DNA of 64,000 nt from a virus (taxonomy: Duplodnaviria > Heunggongvirae > Uroviricota > Caudoviricetes). The notes under the pieces are model-generated. The model was not told the DNA's origin and searched no databases. It worked only from the letters and a program-made list of their open reading frames with translations. This document shows, one piece after another, positions 39,077 through 46,403 of this stretch. Position 1 is the first letter of the stretch, and the number at the start of each line of letters is the position of its first letter. The stretch lies in IMG/VR virus record IMGVR_UViG_3300033076_000972, positions 43,329-107,328 of that record; one strand, written 5' to 3'. Both the position numbers and the translations under genes were made by a program.

Positions 39077-41227
39077 TTAAACTTCAAAAAGTTGATAATT
39101 TTTTAATAAAGAAATTAGTTGTTCAAAAGTTAATGTGTATTTATTAACCTTTGCTGAAAACCCATTAGTTTTTTCAATTTTGACAATTATTGAATTATCG
39201 GGCTCAACACCCAAAACTGTAATACCAGTATCCTTCAATGTTGGTATTTCTTTTTTAACATTAAATCCAATTTTATCAATAATATATGAAACAATTTTCT
39301 GATATTCTTCAATATCATCAAATACACCATCTTCTTCATCAATTAAATTTTCATATAATTCATCTAATAATTTTTCGGATTCAGAATTAAACCCTACGTT
39401 AAAAGTATCATAATCTCTATATTCATAGAAATTATCAAAGATGTCAGGTACTGAGATTTTTGAATCAATCGCTTCGGTAATAACGGCTCTAATTGATTTT
39501 TGTGGTGAACCATATTTTTCATAAAGTGATAACATATTGTCAACCGATGTATAATATTTACGAAAACAAACTTTGGGTTCAATATCAATTGGTTCTAAAG
39601 CATTACAATATTCATCATTAACCGCCGCCTCAATTCCAACTGTATATGCATCATCGGTAGCATATTGATATTCATCTGTCATCCCATCTTTGAACTTTTC
39701 ATGAGCACTTAAAACTTCAGCACATTTAGAATAATAATCACCCGTATAATTTTCCATCAATTCATCTTTTTGTAGAAATAATTGTGGCGAAATTATTTTG
39801 ATGATTTTATCCAATTTTTCTTTATTTTCTTCATTTAAAGATGATAAAACATAACCTTCCTTCCAATCTTCTTCTGCCATATAAGAATCCGTCCATTCAG
39901 TTTGTCTACCATAACTATTACCGGCAAATGATTCTAACTGAGATATTGTGTATTCGTACAGTTGGTGTTTAAACAATTTAAAATAATCTTCAGGGTCGAA
40001 AAGTAACATAACATTTCCGTCAACAATTTCAAAAGTTTCTTCATCACTTGTAATATTAAATGATGTGTCTGTTTTACCGTTTTTATAATTAATTAACGCT
40101 TGGTAGTCAGTACCACCTATGTTTAGAATATTACTTAATATTTCATCCATTCCTGGCATTGAGGCGTATAACACATCAAAATTTGAACGGTTGTCTTGTT
40201 GGTCCCAAACCTCAGGTTTTCCACTTTCAGGTATTCTAATTGCAAATTTTGAATTCCTTAAATTAGTTCCTTTTTTGTTTATCACATAAACAAATTTTGA
40301 ATTTCTGATATAGTCATCAAAATATCTTGAACTATCTCTTGATGCAACACACCATTTTGTTTCAGCACCATAAACACAAGACGCTTGGTGAGTCATTGGT
40401 TGAACAATCAAATATTTTTGGTCTTCATATAATTTTTTAGATTCATTTTTTGCTTTTTTAAGCTCGTCAGTTGTATATGTTCTTTTTTTGATTTGTCCAT
40501 AAAATTCTCTTATAGAATTTACGTCAGGATATGAATTGATGTCTTTTGGAGCTTTAACAATTTTATCGTATGACAAAGCAAAATTTTCCAAATCACCTCT
40601 TTTTAATCTCGCAGCCAATTCTTCGGTATCTTTTTTAGAAACTCTTCTATCGATAAAACTCATCATATCACTAACCTGAGCCATTGAATTTAAAAAACTA
40701 ATCCAATCAAGTTTTCCCAATTGTTTGCCTTGTGCTAATACCCATGGCAAATATTTTTTTGTTGGACTATTGTCACGAGCCCAAAGAGAGTCAAATATTT
40801 CTTTTTTTAAATTTTCATCATCAACATCCTTTCCCCAATCAATATCCAACTTTTTAAATTCATCAAACAAATCAGATTGTTTGTCTTCTTTAATTAACCC
40901 TTCAAAAAGTGTTCTAAGGTCTTCAGCAGGACCATTAAGGATTACGTCAATATAATGTGATGTTTCTTCAGGTTGGTCTTCTACACTACCCACAAATTCA
41001 GTTTTATCGTTAAACTCACAGTAGATACCACCATCATAAGTAATTGTCAAAGTAAAAGTTATTCCATCTCCTTCAATAACATATTGTTCAGTTCCAACAT
41101 CCATTGACTCATCATACACACATGAAATTCTTTCCGGTACAAAATTAAATTTTTCCAAAATTTCTTGTACTTTTGATATATATGAAAAATATGAGGCGGG
41201 TTGTCCGAAATAACTTATTTGTTTCAT
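39077..41227 (-). CDS. Large hypothetical protein (716 aa)
   Basis: ORF with no motif I could assign. Confidence 0.5.
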   Translation of the reverse strand: MKQISYFGQPASYFSYISKVQEILEKFNFVPERISCVYDESMDVGTEQYVIEGDGITFTLTITYDGGIYCEFNDKTEFVGSVEDQPEETSHYIDVILNGPAEDLRTLFEGLIKEDKQSDLFDEFKKLDIDWGKDVDDENLKKEIFDSLWARDNSPTKKYLPWVLAQGKQLGKLDWISFLNSMAQVSDMMSFIDRRVSKKDTEELAARLKRGDLENFALSYDKIVKAPKDINSYPDVNSIREFYGQIKKRTYTTDELKKAKNESKKLYEDQKYLIVQPMTHQASCVYGAETKWCVASRDSSRYFDDYIRNSKFVYVINKKGTNLRNSKFAIRIPESGKPEVWDQQDNRSNFDVLYASMPGMDEILSNILNIGGTDYQALINYKNGKTDTSFNITSDEETFEIVDGNVMLLFDPEDYFKLFKHQLYEYTISQLESFAGNSYGRQTEWTDSYMAEEDWKEGYVLSSLNEENKEKLDKIIKIISPQLFLQKDELMENYTGDYYSKCAEVLSAHEKFKDGMTDEYQYATDDAYTVGIEAAVNDEYCNALEPIDIEPKVCFRKYYTSVDNMLSLYEKYGSPQKSIRAVITEAIDSKISVPDIFDNFYEYRDYDTFNVGFNSESEKLLDELYENLIDEEDGVFDDIEEYQKIVSYIIDKIGFNVKKEIPTLKDTGITVLGVEPDNSIIVKIEKTNGFSAKVNKYTLTFEQLISLLKNYQLFEV

Positions 41228-41246
41228 TATAAATAAATACTTTGAT

Positions 41247-41277
41247 TTGGCAGTTTGAGATAATATTTATATCTTTG
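41247..41277 (+). promoter_or_regulatory. Bacteroidetes-type sigma-A promoter (TTG-N20-TATCTTTG) upstream of the tmRNA
   Basis: TTG at 41247-41249 and TATCTTTG at 41270-41277 match the Bacteroidetes -33/-7 consensus TTG / TAnnTTTG. Confidence 0.5.
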
Positions 41278-41381
41278 TATAACAAATCAGGAATAACCGT
41301 AAAAATGTACCTGAAGTGAGGATACCAAAGAGTATCACACCAAACGGTTGGGAGTTTCTGAATTATGTTCTTTGAAAATAT

Positions 41382-41765
41382 GGGGATGAATGGAATCGAC
41401 AGGTATTGTTGATTGATGGATGCACGTATGAGCTGAGTTAACTCATTAAAAACTGATTTAAAAAATTAGACGGCAACGTTTTGAACAAAATGGCAGCTAT
41501 CGGTTTAATCCGTGAAGATGCTTCTGTATTAGCTTAATTGTTAGTACAACTCAGGTCGGGGGACATATAACCTAGGAACAGAAGTCTTGAGAGATGTGGT
41601 TTCTATCTTAAAAGAAACAAGTGGAGGATTAGTTCTCAGTAAACCGAACCACTATAAAATAAGGGAATTGTGAAGTTCGGAACATTAGCAAATGTTGACC
41701 TAAACGTGTAGTATCTATTGGTTAAGGTAGACTGGACGAGGGTTCGATACCCTCCATCTCCACCA
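41382..41765 (+). ncRNA. ssrA: tmRNA (SsrA), phage-encoded, with the CCA encoded in the DNA
   Basis: The 5' end GGGGATGAATGGAATCGACAGG aligns with E. coli GGGGCUGAUUCUGGAUUCGACGGG. The 3' end GGACGAGGGTTCGATACCCTCCATCTCCACCA aligns with GGACGCGGGUUCAACUCCCGCCAGCUCCACCA. A 7-bp acceptor stem (GGGGATG/CATCTCC, one G-U pair) and a T-arm GAGGG-TTCGATA-CCCTC are present. Upstream of the tag, AAAAAUUAGAC is followed by the resume codon GGC at 41472, giving the tag GNVLNKMAAIGLIREDASVLA and a TAA at 41535. Confidence 0.8.
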
Positions 41766-41771
41766 AATTAA

Positions 41772-41800
41772 AGTGGTCAAATTTGACCACTTTTTTTTTT
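41772..41800 (+). terminator. Intrinsic terminator after the tmRNA
   Basis: AGTGGTCAAATTTGACCACT hairpin followed by T10. Confidence 0.75.
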
Positions 41801-41856
41801 GTAAATTAGAAAAATTGTCGTATCTTTGTATTGTTAATCACTACCACTATGACAAC
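41791..41856 (+). repeat. Direct repeat copy 1 (T-run + promoter + 5' gene start), about 65 nt
   Basis: Near-identical to 42331-42395, with three mismatches. Confidence 0.8.
41799..41828 (+). promoter_or_regulatory. Promoter TTG-N19-TATCTTTG (duplicated cassette, copy 1)
   Basis: TTG at 41799 and TATCTTTG at 41821-41828. The ATG at 41849 is about 14 nt from the predicted TSS. Confidence 0.55.
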
Positions 41857-42310
41857 AAAAACAAACATCAACTCAATCATAACTCTCACTGAAGGCGTAA
41901 TGTCAGGAGACGTATTCTACGGTTCTTTTAACACCGTACCTAAAGACAAAAAAATCACCGTAATGGTTTCCAACCACATCAAAGATGTCAACAAAGAATA
42001 TGAATTCCGTATCGCAGGAAAATGCAAGGCAGGTTTCATCAGCATCCATGATACCAAAGGAACTCCTCACAGTATCATCGCAGGATACAAGAAAAACGCT
42101 TTGGTTAATATCCAAGTAAAATCTGAACACGGTCATTGGATGAACGTATTCACCACTAAGGGTAGCAAGTGGTACGGAATTGACAAAGGGTTCTTAGAAG
42201 TGTTGACCGTAGGTGATATGAGACAGTCTTTCCCTGACATGTGTGACTCAAACATTTGGCAGTCGATGGGAGCTCAAACTTGGGCTGATAAAGCTTTCAC
42301 CCAAAATTAA
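41849..42310 (+). CDS. Hypothetical protein, paralog A (153 aa from the ATG)
   Basis: The ORF track starts at TTG 41831, inside the promoter; the first ATG is at 41849. Its N-terminus is shared with paralog B. Confidence 0.55.
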   Translation: MTTKTNINSIITLTEGVMSGDVFYGSFNTVPKDKKITVMVSNHIKDVNKEYEFRIAGKCKAGFISIHDTKGTPHSIIAGYKKNALVNIQVKSEHGHWMNVFTTKGSKWYGIDKGFLEVLTVGDMRQSFPDMCDSNIWQSMGAQTWADKAFTQN

Positions 42311-42311
42311 A

Positions 42312-42339
42312 AATTTCCCTCTTCGGAGGGATTTTTTTT
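42312..42339 (+). terminator. Intrinsic terminator
   Basis: CCCTCTTCGGAGGG hairpin followed by T8. Confidence 0.75.
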
Positions 42340-42395
42340 GTAAATTAGAAAAATTGCCGTATCTTTGTATTGTTAATCACTACCACTATGACAAA
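42331..42395 (+). repeat. Direct repeat copy 2
   Basis: Near-identical to 41791-41856. Confidence 0.8.
42338..42367 (+). promoter_or_regulatory. Promoter TTG-N19-TATCTTTG (duplicated cassette, copy 2)
   Basis: TTG at 42338 and TATCTTTG at 42360-42367. Confidence 0.55.
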
Positions 42396-43128
42396 CACAA
42401 CCACTAAACTCAACGCTAAAATCAGAAACTACAACGGTAAAAACGACTTCATCATCAAAATGAAACAAGTCGTATTCCAATACGGAGGTCTAACTGAAAA
42501 ACAAGCCCAAGTCGCAGAAAAAGCCTTGGCAGAACCAACAAAGGTTGAAACTCGTTTTCTTCCTGACAATATGAGAAGAATCGCCGACTACGCAGGTGAA
42601 AACACATTTGTGTTGGATGTGAAAGGTAAATTCCTCAAATACGGTACCTTGTCAGACGCACAAGTAACCGCAGCCAACAAACAAATCCAAAAAGAAGAAG
42701 ACGCCAAAAACCGAATGGACGTGAACATCGACGTAATTGGTGAGACAATCGTGGTGGGTCGTAAAACAGGTGAAGATTTGAAAAAACAAAAAGGTTTGGA
42801 ATTTAACCCCTTGTTGTTGGATATCACTGAGGTTATGACCTTAACCGCAAAAGCAGTGAAATTCAAAGGTAAGTTGACAACCAAAAACTGTGGTGTATGT
42901 AAATCATGTGGTCGTACATTGACCGATGAGTTCTCTCGTCTAACAGGATACGGTAAGACATGTGCTAAACACTTGAAAGTTGAGTACATCAAAGACAAGT
43001 CTGAAGTTGAACGTTTCAATAAAGATGTCCTTGCAAGAATCGAGGAAATTGGTGAAATGGAATTTTGGGTTCCTCGTCGTCAAATCAAAGTGTGGAACGG
43101 AGTTTCAGCAATGTTGTTGAAATTTTAA
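42388..43128 (+). CDS. Hypothetical protein, paralog B, with a C-terminal Cys cluster
   Basis: First ATG at 42388. The N-terminus MTNTTTKLN parallels paralog A. The C-terminus has CGVCKSCGRTL…CAKH, a CxxC…C…C zinc-ribbon-like arrangement. Confidence 0.55.
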   Translation: MTNTTTKLNAKIRNYNGKNDFIIKMKQVVFQYGGLTEKQAQVAEKALAEPTKVETRFLPDNMRRIADYAGENTFVLDVKGKFLKYGTLSDAQVTAANKQIQKEEDAKNRMDVNIDVIGETIVVGRKTGEDLKKQKGLEFNPLLLDITEVMTLTAKAVKFKGKLTTKNCGVCKSCGRTLTDEFSRLTGYGKTCAKHLKVEYIKDKSEVERFNKDVLARIEEIGEMEFWVPRRQIKVWNGVSAMLLKF

Positions 43129-43143
43129 TAAGAATAAAAAACA

Positions 43144-43179
43144 GATAAGTATTTGATACTTAGGTGTCAAATACTTATC
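43144..43179. repeat. Perfect 13-bp inverted repeat (hairpin GATAAGTATTTGA / TCAAATACTTATC with a 10-nt loop)
   Basis: Seen directly in the sequence. No T-run follows it. It overlaps the upstream TTG of the HNH ORF. Confidence 0.6.
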
Positions 43180-43193
43180 ATTACACAGAGTAT

Positions 43194-43703
43194 ATGGAAA
43201 AAGTATTAGTATTAAACAGCGATTACACACCCTTGAACGTAACAACAATGCGTAGAGGATTTGTATTGGTTGATAAGGGTAAAGCTGAAGTATTGAAAAA
43301 AGATGAAAATCCGATTGTTACTACTATTGGTAATTTTGTAAGACCAATCATCATTAGATTACTCAGTTATATCAGAATTAAGAAAAACGCCAAAGACATC
43401 AAGATTTCTCGTTCAAGAGTTTATCAAAGGGACGGACATGCTTGTGTATATTGTGGAGGAAATAAGAAATTGACAATTGACCATGTAATACCAAAATCTC
43501 GTGGTGGTGATAATACTTGGGAAAACATGGTCACTTGTTGTTTTGATTGTAACTCAAGGAAGGGAAGTAAGACACCTGAAGAAGCTGGTCTTAAATTTAG
43601 GGTTCGTCCTTATAGACCTTCAGTGTTTTCTGAACTTGTTGCGGGTCGTGCTGCACATATTTGGGAAGAATTCCAACACGATTTATTTGGTTTTTCAAAT
43701 TAA
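43194..43703 (+). CDS. Free-standing HNH endonuclease
   Basis: CVYCGGNKKLTIDHVIPKSRGGDNTWENMVTCCFDCNSRKG is an HNH motif with a Cys4 zinc site. The first ATG is at 43194 (the ORF track starts at TTG 43164). Confidence 0.75.
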   Translation: MEKVLVLNSDYTPLNVTTMRRGFVLVDKGKAEVLKKDENPIVTTIGNFVRPIIIRLLSYIRIKKNAKDIKISRSRVYQRDGHACVYCGGNKKLTIDHVIPKSRGGDNTWENMVTCCFDCNSRKGSKTPEEAGLKFRVRPYRPSVFSELVAGRAAHIWEEFQHDLFGFSN

Positions 43704-43716
43704 TTTCTTATCTTTG
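43687..43716 (+). promoter_or_regulatory. Promoter TTG-N19-TATCTTTG upstream of the tRNA-Leu gene
   Basis: TTG at 43687 and TATCTTTG at 43709-43716. The tRNA 5' end is at 43748. Confidence 0.5.
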
Positions 43717-43781
43717 TATAAGAAGTAAAAATGTTCTTTGATTTAATGCTCGGGTGATGGAATGGTAGACATGAAAGACTT

Positions 43782-44474
43782 AAACGTATTTTGTATACCT
43801 AATTGATATTTATCAATATGGGAAATGAAAAATATACAAAAGAGTTTTTGGAATCTATCGTTAAAGAATGTGGGTCAATAAGACAAGTTTTAATAAAACT
43901 TGGACTTAAAGAAGCTGGTGGTAATTATCATAATATTAAAACAAGAATAAAATTGTTTGATATTGATATTACCCATTTTCACGGAATGGTTTGGAATAAA
44001 GGTAAAAAATGGTCAAAAACCAAAGATTTATCTTCTAAATTAGTTGAACACTCAACATATTCGTCAGGTCTTCCAATTAATACATATGTTTTGAAAAATC
44101 AATTGTTAAAAATTGGTATTAAAACCCACATATGTGAAAATTGTGAATCTATTGAATGGTTGGGTGTTGAAATTCCTTTAGAATTACACCACATAAATGG
44201 TAATCGGTTTGATAATCGTATTGAAAATATACAACTATTATGTCCGAATTGTCATGCTTTAACTGAAAATTATAGAGCCAAAAATATGAGTGCTAGATGA
44301 GAAATTGTCTAAGTAGAACTCCGTAAATTCGGTGAACCCTGTAAAATGGGAATACCGAGCCAAGCCGAAAGGAAGGTGTAGAGACTAGACACGGAGAACC
44401 TAAGTCAGTTGATATGGTTAAGGTATAGTCCAGACCACAAACTATAAATAGGTAACGAAAGTTATAGTGGTAAG
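43782..44474 (+). mobile_element. Group I intron (carries an HNH ORF) in the tRNA-Leu anticodon loop
   Basis: The conserved core is present: an R-like GAGACTAGACACGG (44381-44394) and S element AAGGTATAGTCC (44420-44431) form P7 (GACTA/TAGTC). A U precedes the 5' splice site and the intron ends in a G (44474). This is the same insertion site as the cyanobacterial and plastid tRNA-Leu(UAA) intron. Confidence 0.7.
43818..44300 (+). CDS. Intron-encoded HNH homing endonuclease
   Basis: CENCESIEWLGVEIPLELHHINGNRFDNRIENIQLLCPNCHALTE is an HNH motif with CxxC…CxxC. The ORF lies entirely in the 5' part of the intron, before the ribozyme core. First ATG at 43818. Confidence 0.7.
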   Translation: MGNEKYTKEFLESIVKECGSIRQVLIKLGLKEAGGNYHNIKTRIKLFDIDITHFHGMVWNKGKKWSKTKDLSSKLVEHSTYSSGLPINTYVLKNQLLKIGIKTHICENCESIEWLGVEIPLELHHINGNRFDNRIENIQLLCPNCHALTENYRAKNMSAR

Positions 44475-44526
44475 AAAATCTTTTGGGTAGTAATACCCGT
44501 GCGGGTTCGAGTCCCGCCCCGAGTAC

Positions 44527-44560
44527 TAAAAGAAAAAGGTGTCTCACGACACCTTTTCTT
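44527..44560. terminator. Bidirectional intrinsic terminator
   Basis: AAAAGAAAAAGGTGTCTCACGACACCTTTTCTT. Confidence 0.65.
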
Positions 44561-44596
44561 AGATTAAGGACCCCTCCTTTCAGTTAAATGTTTATC

Positions 44597-45235
44597 CTAT
44601 ATGGAATTCCGAATCTCTTCGGCTTTAGCATCCATTTTATCGGACACCTTTTTGAGCTCTGAACAAATTTCTCCCATCATTTTATCTTGTAAATCTCTGT
44701 GGAAATTATCATCACCCATGATTGTTTGAACTGAAGATTTAAATACCTGACCTGTTTTTGACCCTAATTCGGTGTCAATTCCTGTTGCCAAGATATTATC
44801 ACCAAAACCTTGTATCATTCCTTTAGACACTTTGTCTGTCAAAAATCTACAATCTGAAAAAAGTTTTGGAACATCTTCATCACTTACATTTTCAATTTCT
44901 GCTTTTACTGCGTTTCTTACCCAACCATCAAATTCCATTTTATCTGAAATCCAATCTGCCAATCTTGATTTAACTGTTGCAAAAAACTCACTATCAAATT
45001 CACCAAATAAACCTTGTAACATGTTGAACAAAGATTCGTTGATTAATTTGTTTGAGAAATTTTTACTTTGGAAAATATTAACTTTATGTATTGTGGTTTC
45101 TATTAACGAATCTAAATCAGAACAGTTTTTTAATGTTCCGAAATGATTGTCAAGAATTTTACTTTCAATCATCAAAGAAGTTTTGTTCTGTTTTTCTTCT
45201 AATAAAGCCCCACGCAATTTCTTTCTAAGATTCAT
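44597..45235 (-). CDS. Hypothetical protein
   Basis: ORF. Confidence 0.45.
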   Translation of the reverse strand: MNLRKKLRGALLEEKQNKTSLMIESKILDNHFGTLKNCSDLDSLIETTIHKVNIFQSKNFSNKLINESLFNMLQGLFGEFDSEFFATVKSRLADWISDKMEFDGWVRNAVKAEIENVSDEDVPKLFSDCRFLTDKVSKGMIQGFGDNILATGIDTELGSKTGQVFKSSVQTIMGDDNFHRDLQDKMMGEICSELKKVSDKMDAKAEEIRNSI

Positions 45236-45261
45236 AACAATAAATATCTGTTGTTTTGAAT

Positions 45262-46398
45262 TTATTTAGTATATAATTCAGGAATGCTGAATGGATTGTT
45301 TGTATTAATAATATATTTTTTATCCAATGGATAAAAAGTCTTTTTAATTCCAATCTTACAACGTTTAACAGCTGTTTTAGCATTTGTTAATAACTCAGCT
45401 GTAATTGCTGTATTTGGTTGGCCAGCTTTATTTCCTATATCCCAATTTTTCGCTTGTTGTATATAATAATCTAATAGTGACTTACACGCTCCTTCTGATG
45501 GTGTCCCTGTTCCAACAGCAGTTGCATAATCATTTAAATATTTTACTTCAATCGGAACCTGTGTTTGTTTTTCAGGCGATGTTGTCTTTTGTGATGATAA
45601 TGTTGAACACAAACTCTTATATTGGTCGATACTACAAATTAAATCTTGATTGATGTTACCATTATCATTTGCTAAACCTTTTTTACCTTTATAATCAATA
45701 ATAAACTTGTCAAAATCTTCAGTAAAATAAGGTGTTTCATCTTTTGTATAACCTAACGCAATTTTAATTCTTTTAATTGTGTCACCTTTTTCACCTCTTC
45801 TAATTGCATCTCCACCACCAATAATTGTGCTAATTGTTTTATTTGATGCGTCTTTATATTTGTCAGATTCATCTTCAACTCGTGGTATTCCATTTTCAAT
45901 ATATACGGTAACCAAAGGTTCATCTTTTTGTTCTAAAATTAATGCCAAACCACGAACCTTTTTTAAAAATATTGATTCATTTAAAGATTTTAAACGAGCT
46001 TGTAAATTTGGTAAATAAGAATCAATTGCTTTTTGAGTTTGTTTATCAGTTTTATATTTTGTAAGTAATTTACCATGTATTTCTAATACCGCGCCAATAT
46101 AGGCGGCCGTTTTATCATAATTTTGACCTAAATAATATTTTATTTTTTTTCCAATTTGTGGTGAATAGTAAACATTGAAAATTTCATTATTTTTAGAGTA
46201 AAAATAAAATAAGTCATTAAAATTATCAAATATTTCTTTTGCCTCATCAACAGGTTGTGTTGGTTGAGGAGGTTGTACAGGTTGTACAGGTTGTACAGGT
46301 TGTACAGGTTGTACAGGTTTATTTTTAGACGTATTAACCTTTTGAGGTTTACCTGCTTTTTTTGGTTTGTCTTCTAATAATATTTTCTCTAATCCCAT
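45262..46398 (-). CDS. Hypothetical protein with an N-terminal (PVQ)n repeat
   Basis: KPVQPVQPVQPVQPVQPPQPTQPV from a 9-nt tandem repeat. Confidence 0.45.
   Translation of the reverse strand: MGLEKILLEDKPKKAGKPQKVNTSKNKPVQPVQPVQPVQPVQPPQPTQPVDEAKEIFDNFNDLFYFYSKNNEIFNVYYSPQIGKKIKYYLGQNYDKTAAYIGAVLEIHGKLLTKYKTDKQTQKAIDSYLPNLQARLKSLNESIFLKKVRGLALILEQKDEPLVTVYIENGIPRVEDESDKYKDASNKTISTIIGGGDAIRRGEKGDTIKRIKIALGYTKDETPYFTEDFDKFIIDYKGKKGLANDNGNINQDLICSIDQYKSLCSTLSSQKTTSPEKQTQVPIEVKYLNDYATAVGTGTPSEGACKSLLDYYIQQAKNWDIGNKAGQPNTAITAELLTNAKTAVKRCKIGIKKTFYPLDKKYIINTNNPFSIPELYTK
46272..46319. repeat. 9-nt tandem repeat GTTGTACAG x5 (in-frame; encodes PVQ on the - strand)
   Basis: Seen directly in the sequence. 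Confidence 0.8.
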
Positions 46399-46403
46399 GA
46401 TAA

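Larger units (their letters stand above)
43748..44525 (+). tRNA. tRNA-Leu(UAA), class II, interrupted between U34 and A35 by a 693-nt group I intron
   Basis: The 5' exon (43748-43781) is GCTCGGG-TG-ATGG-AATGGTAG-ACAT-G-AAAGA-CTT. The 3' exon (44475-44525) is AAAA-TCTTT-[long variable arm GGGTA-GTAA-TACCC]-GT-GCGGG-TTCGAGT-CCCGC-CCCGAGT-A. The acceptor stem is 7 bp (G1-U72 wobble), the anticodon stem is AAAGA/TCTTT, and the anticodon is UAA. The mature length of 85 nt is typical for tRNA-Leu. Confidence 0.8.

Noticed and set aside
41227-41381. An additional tRNA in the 155-nt leader between the large - strand gene and the tmRNA
   Set aside because: No acceptor/T-arm pairing or GTTCRANYC box could be found. 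The region holds only the promoter.
41472-41537. Alternative tmRNA tag frames that would give a canonical ALAA ending
   Set aside because: The other two frames hit stops within 5-15 codons and produce no Ala-rich C-terminus. Only the frame anchored by the conserved UAGAC|GGC context gives an uninterrupted tag.
46272-46319. Considered whether the short tandem repeats here (and at 33340 and 49719) could be a CRISPR or minisatellite array
   Set aside because: The units are 9-51 nt, they are contiguous with no spacers, and they are in-frame inside long ORFs. They are coding repeats, not CRISPR.
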